NCBI GenBank assembly: GCA_964016885.1 | Contig: OZ024740.1 | Span: 213,342,001 to 213,406,000, forward strand | Length of the DNA stretch: 64,000 bases | Direction of reading: 5' to 3' | Origin: Eledone cirrhosa | Taxonomy: Eukaryota | In this document: piece by piece, positions 62,401 through 64,000 of the stretch | Layout: each line of letters starts with the position of its first letter | Numbering within the stretch: the first letter of the stretch is position 1 | Made by a program: the position numbers and the translations under genes | The notes under the pieces: model-generated | Databases searched by the model: none | What the model was told of the DNA's origin: nothing | What the model saw: only the letters and a program-made list of their open reading frames with translations

Positions 62401-62735
62401 CCTCCCTCACACCATCCATACACATACACACACTCACATACACACAAGCACACATCCACACAGGCACACATACACACAGGCACACATACACACACTATGT
62501 ATAGAAAGGAATGTGAAAATAATTTTGTATATATATATATTTTTTTTTTAATGTTATTGTGTGATTATATATATTTTGTTGCTAGGAATCTTATGACCGA
62601 GCTCGACATATCATGAAAACTCACAGTACAGAACACAAAGCTATTGCTCAAGCTCTGATGAAGTATGAAACATTAGACTCAGACGATGTCAAAGCAATTG
62701 TTGATGGTAAAGTTCCTCAGAAACTGACTTCTTGA
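15567..62735 (+). CDS. YME1L1: YME1L1, ATP-dependent zinc metalloprotease (mitochondrial i-AAA protease, FtsH family); 20 coding exons, 752 aa
   Basis: Manual splice join 15567-15596, 32577-32741, 33610-33790, 34524-34616, 36571-36677, 38662-38923, 41764-41849, 43092-43182, 43526-43585, 45324-45416, 47354-47486, 48804-48866, 50928-51040, 52130-52174, 53588-53698, 54087-54238, 55449-55575, 57773-57846, 60539-60661, 62586-62735 gives a 2259-nt open frame. Motifs: [20 protein letters not shown], one TM helix, [27 protein letters not shown] pore loop, [35 protein letters not shown]. Confidence 0.96.
17693..18126. mobile_element. Palindrome of two Penelope-like terminal repeats
   Basis: About 215-bp diverged arms; the same sequence forms the end of the GIY-YIG relic at 28250. 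Confidence 0.8.
18571..18628. repeat. (TA)n microsatellite
   Basis: Direct observation. Confidence 0.95.
18957..19420 (+). mobile_element. RTE LINE 3' fragment, diverged
   Basis: Homologous to 24990-25479. Confidence 0.85.
19453..21165 (-). mobile_element. RTE LINE, decayed and internally deleted, antisense
   Basis: Reverse complement matches the endonuclease, RT and 3' end of the 22950-25479 family. Confidence 0.85.
22255..22680 (-). mobile_element. Tc1/mariner transposase remnant
   Basis: Minus strand reads FIQNGASH...[17 protein letters not shown], similar to FQQDGAPxH...WPARSPDLTPLDFFLWG; ends ccaccctg|ta. Confidence 0.7.
22950..25479 (+). mobile_element. RTE-clade LINE, 5'-truncated (C-terminal endonuclease plus RT; stops near 23443 and 25261)
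   Basis: [16 protein letters not shown] (APE), [43 protein letters not shown]; (GAT)n tail. Confidence 0.95.
26228..27080 (-). mobile_element. RTE LINE RT fragment, antisense
   Basis: ORFs 26231-26611 and 26627-26941 with [23 protein letters not shown]. Confidence 0.9.
27412..28243 (+). mobile_element. RTE LINE 3' fragment
   Basis: Homologous to 24640-25479; (GAT)n tail. Confidence 0.9.
28250..29290 (-). mobile_element. Penelope-like retroelement 3' fragment (GIY-YIG endonuclease relic plus terminal repeat)
   Basis: Reverse complement of 28741-28920 reads [51 protein letters not shown]. Confidence 0.88.
29295..29950 (-). mobile_element. RTE LINE internal fragment, antisense
   Basis: ORFs 29349-29597 and 29743-29973 match the translation of 23240-23880. 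Confidence 0.9.
30825..31575 (-). mobile_element. Second RTE-like family, 3' fragment with internal duplications
   Basis: Shared core gagagtcactccaggtagagccgctacttctcc; other copies at 1890-1990(-), 32000-32155(+), 37345-37690(+), 58415-58885(+). Confidence 0.7.
32577..32741 (+). CDS. YME1L1: YME1L1 exon 2 ([11 protein letters not shown]...KAEP)
   Basis: cttcag| acceptor, |gtaaga donor, 165 nt; VTAALSQL resembles human VTVPLSHL. Confidence 0.85.
33115..33374. mobile_element. Foldback MITE (~115-bp inverted arms)
   Basis: CAGTAAAAGCAAGGGGAAGTAATTGA.../...TCAATTACTTCCCCTTGCTTTTACTG. Confidence 0.8.
33610..33790 (+). CDS. YME1L1: YME1L1 exon 3 (EKLSLK...[11 protein letters not shown])
   Basis: ttgcag| and |gtaagt; conserved SAQxFFENK motif. 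Confidence 0.9.
34524..34616 (+). CDS. YME1L1: YME1L1 exon 4 (GFPENQLN...KKELK)
   Basis: ttttag| and |gtttga; 93 nt, symmetric phase 1-1, open; weakly conserved region so less certain. Confidence 0.7.
34706..36443. repeat. About 1.74-kb compound (ACC/ACT/ATC)n minisatellite filling intron 4
   Basis: Direct observation; 18/21-bp higher-order units. Confidence 0.95.
36571..36677 (+). CDS. YME1L1: YME1L1 exon 5 ([11 protein letters not shown]...LRRS)
   Basis: Third of three tandem acceptors; RGFKT motif; |gtaaga donor. Confidence 0.88.
37710..38140 (-). mobile_element. Third RTE-like family, 3' end, antisense
   Basis: [19 protein letters not shown]...RAQFAGHC; tgatgatga tail. Confidence 0.85.
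38662..38923 (+). CDS. YME1L1: YME1L1 exon 6 (includes AFAEGY and the transmembrane helix)
   Basis: ttgcag| and |gttagt; [22 protein letters not shown] hydrophobic segment. Confidence 0.92.
39950..40800 (+). mobile_element. Tx1/L1-clade LINE 3' fragment in an (ATCT)n tract
   Basis: Homologous to 7510-8440 ([32 protein letters not shown]). Confidence 0.85.
41764..41849 (+). CDS. YME1L1: YME1L1 exon 7 (...[15 protein letters not shown])
   Basis: aagcag| (NAGNAG) and |gtaagt; start of the AAA domain. Confidence 0.92.
43092..43182 (+). CDS. YME1L1: YME1L1 exon 8 ([30 protein letters not shown])
   Basis: FtsH-family consensus; GT-AG. Confidence 0.96.
43249..43446. mobile_element. Tc1/mariner-type MITE, TA TSD
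   Basis: TA|CAAGGGTTGACTG...CAGCCGACTCTTG|TA; partial copy at ~9215-9377. Confidence 0.75.
43526..43585 (+). CDS. YME1L1: YME1L1 exon 9, Walker A ([20 protein letters not shown])
   Basis: P-loop; GT-AG. Confidence 0.96.
44535..45123 (+). mobile_element. Non-autonomous retroposon with RTE-type tail and internal ~40-bp tandem array (about 10 units)
   Basis: Unit aaaaagcacccagtacacactgtaaagtggtcatgtaggtgacacgac, then ttaggaagggcatcca core and gttaaacggtgatgat tail; relatives at 8670, 12840, 13800, 21195, 21560, 26045, 30005, 53005, 60255. Confidence 0.8.
45324..45416 (+). CDS. YME1L1: YME1L1 exon 10, pore loop ([31 protein letters not shown])
   Basis: FtsH-family consensus; GT-AG. Confidence 0.96.
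45562..45818. repeat. 32-bp minisatellite, 8 copies
   Basis: Unit tctctgggatcactgacttaggatgactctag at period 32. Confidence 0.95.
47354..47486 (+). CDS. YME1L1: YME1L1 exon 11, Walker B ([17 protein letters not shown]...[11 protein letters not shown])
   Basis: FtsH-family consensus; GT-AG. Confidence 0.96.
48255..48601. mobile_element. Diverged foldback MITE
   Basis: atagtgttttatcaaaa.../...ttttgataaaacactat with ~150-bp imperfect arms. Confidence 0.7.
48804..48866 (+). CDS. YME1L1: YME1L1 exon 12 ([20 protein letters not shown])
   Basis: Sensor-1 ATN motif; GT-AG. Confidence 0.95.
50928..51040 (+). CDS. YME1L1: YME1L1 exon 13, SRH/arginine fingers (ALLRPGRFD...)
   Basis: SRH motif; GT-AG. 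Confidence 0.96.
52130..52174 (+). CDS. YME1L1: YME1L1 exon 14 ([15 protein letters not shown])
   Basis: AAA lid motif; GT-AG. Confidence 0.93.
52299..52505. mobile_element. piggyBac-type MITE (TTAA TSD); also 43625-43829, 46907-47097, 50447-50793, 60009-60205
   Basis: TTAA|CCCTTTAGCATTTA...TAAATGCT(G/A)AAGGG|TTAA. Confidence 0.85.
53588..53698 (+). CDS. YME1L1: YME1L1 exon 15 ([16 protein letters not shown]...DKVLM)
   Basis: AAA lid consensus; GT-AG. Confidence 0.96.
54087..54238 (+). CDS. YME1L1: YME1L1 exon 16, zinc-binding HEAGH
   Basis: TAYHEAGH...[13 protein letters not shown] (peptidase M41); AAG acceptor, gtaagt donor. Confidence 0.96.
55449..55575 (+). CDS. YME1L1: YME1L1 exon 17 (...[12 protein letters not shown]...VTT)
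   Basis: M41 consensus; GT-AG. Confidence 0.96.
55642..55940. repeat. 32-bp minisatellite, about 9 copies
   Basis: Unit cattagtatatgaagtggtgaagagtacaaaa. Confidence 0.95.
56180..56720. repeat. 29/30-bp hairpin-forming minisatellite, about 18 copies
   Basis: Unit gtttcacctttggaggtgaatattacatct. Confidence 0.95.
57773..57846 (+). CDS. YME1L1: YME1L1 exon 18 ([25 protein letters not shown])
   Basis: Third zinc ligand Asp in SDF; FGMS motif; AAG acceptor. Confidence 0.95.
58777..58845. repeat. 17-bp tandem repeat x4 inside an RTE-like fragment
   Basis: Unit gtttgaggactctgccc. Confidence 0.9.
59095..59400 (-). mobile_element. Diverged Penelope-like terminal repeat
   Basis: Similar to 28250-28440; retains CTGAAGA..GAAA on the minus strand. 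Confidence 0.6.
60539..60661 (+). CDS. YME1L1: YME1L1 exon 19 ([10 protein letters not shown]...[18 protein letters not shown])
   Basis: Third of three tandem acceptors gives the only open frame; |gtgagt donor. Confidence 0.9.
60900..61510 (-). mobile_element. Old RTE 3' fragment, antisense
   Basis: Reverse complement similar to 24780-25479. Confidence 0.8.
61549..62383 (+). mobile_element. Young RTE LINE 3' fragment (open frame to the natural stop)
   Basis: ORF 61521-62360 is highly similar to 24630-25479; (GAT)n tail. Confidence 0.95.
62586..62735 (+). CDS. YME1L1: YME1L1 exon 20, terminal ([10 protein letters not shown]...YETLD...KLTS*)
   Basis: gctag| acceptor; SYxRA and YETL motifs; TGA stop. 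Confidence 0.95.
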   Translation, partial: ESYDRARHIMKTHSTEHKAIAQALMKYETLDSDDVKAIVDGKVPQKLTS

Positions 62736-63019
62736 CGCAAGTGCTGAACATCTAACATTATCTTAACACTGCTAAAAAAAAAAAAAAAAAGAAAAATTCT
62801 TCCAAACAGAAAAGTACTTTTTATAGCAAAACACAAAGAGTTATTAATTTGAATTCAACAATCTTGTTTTCCTCTTTTTTTTTTTACCTCCTAAAATTCT
62901 GTCTTGTATGAGACTCTTCTATAGTCTTACCAAAAGAATGATCGAAGACGTATATATATATATAAAACAATGGCTGACCAACCAAGATATAGAAAGTGGT
63001 TTCAGTTTTTAGCTACCAC

Positions 63020-63095
63020 AATAAATGTTTCTCTACAAATTTGATTTCTTAAAAAATACTCAGGAAATTTTGGGAAAACATGTTGTTTTATTAAA
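63020..63095 (+). terminator. Candidate polyadenylation signals AATAAA (63020-63025) and ATTAAA (63090-63095)
   Basis: About 285 and 355 nt after the stop codon; T-rich sequence downstream. Confidence 0.55.
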
Positions 63096-63399
63096 ATGTT
63101 TCTCTACAGTATTCTTTCTTCGTTGATCTGTATTGATTTATTTTATGCTCTCTCTCTCTTTCCTCTCTCTTTCACTATGTGTATGTATATATATATAATC
63201 ATCATCATTTAACATCTGCTCTCCCTGCTAGCAAGGGTTGGTTGGGTCATCAGGAGACCAGGTTGATACTGAAGCAGAAATACTGGCTTCGTGGATGGGC
63301 CATAAACTTGCATTTTGATTACATGCATTCCTGCACTCAACCACCAAGTGCTTGAACGGGCCGGTAGCCTGCAACTCACTTACATACGGTCCTGCACAT

Positions 63400-63680
63400 T
63401 AGGGAGGTTGTTATGGCATCAGTAATAGGGAGGTTGTCATGTCACCAGTACTAGGGAGGTTGTCATGTCACCAGTACTAGGGAGGTTGTTATGGCACCAG
63501 TACCAGGCAGGTTGTCATGTCACTAGTACTAGGGAGGTTGTCATGTCACCAGTACTAGGGAGGTTGTTATGGCACCAGTACTAGCGAGGTTGTCATGTCA
63601 CTAGTACTAGGGAGGTTGTCATGGCACCTGTACGAGGGAGGTTGTTATGGCACCAGCACTAGGGAGGTTATCATGTCTTT
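63400..63680. repeat. 26-bp minisatellite, about 10 copies
   Basis: Unit agggaggttgtcatgtcaccagtact, expanded inside a dispersed retroposon. Confidence 0.9.
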
Positions 63681-63873
63681 GATACAGCTGAAATTTTCTC
63701 TTAGTCCTTTATTTGGCAAAGTTTACAAGATTGGATGCCCTTCCTATGTACACTTTACAGAGTACACTGGGTTTGTTTCTTGTGTAAATCACCAACTTTA
63801 GGGAGGTTAGCTGAAAGTCCTTCTGACCCATTTTTGGCAGCTTTTCTATGGCTGGATTCTCTTTCTATCACCA

Positions 63874-63917
<44 letters not shown>

Positions 63918-64000
63918 ACATATATATACATATATGTGTGTGTGTATATATATATATATATGCACACATGAGGCTGAATGGTTAAAAAGTTTACTTCACA

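Overview
AT-rich, repeat-dense eukaryotic genomic DNA. The repeat inventory (RTE LINEs with (GAT)n tails, tRNA-headed SINEs, Penelope and Tx1 relics, long microsatellites) suggests a mollusc, most likely an octopod; this is inference. One complete protein-coding gene can be assembled by hand on the + strand: YME1L1, the mitochondrial i-AAA ATP-dependent zinc metalloprotease of the FtsH family. It has 20 coding exons from 15567 to 62735 (2259 nt, 752 aa), all GT-AG with consistent phases. Walker A/B, the pore loop, the second region of homology (SRH) and the HEAGH motif are intact. Everything else is decayed mobile DNA and tandem repeat. Most notable observations: (1) two YME1L1 3' splice sites (exons 5 and 19) are tandemly triplicated and only the most distal AG is in frame; (2) Penelope-like relics with a GIY-YIG remnant and reconstructable minimal hammerhead ribozymes; (3) many foldback/inverted duplications and a locally templated insertion; (4) a 2.76-kb hAT element with 8-bp TSD and non-transposase cargo just upstream of the gene. 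No prokaryote-type novel system is evident. All functional interpretations are hypotheses.
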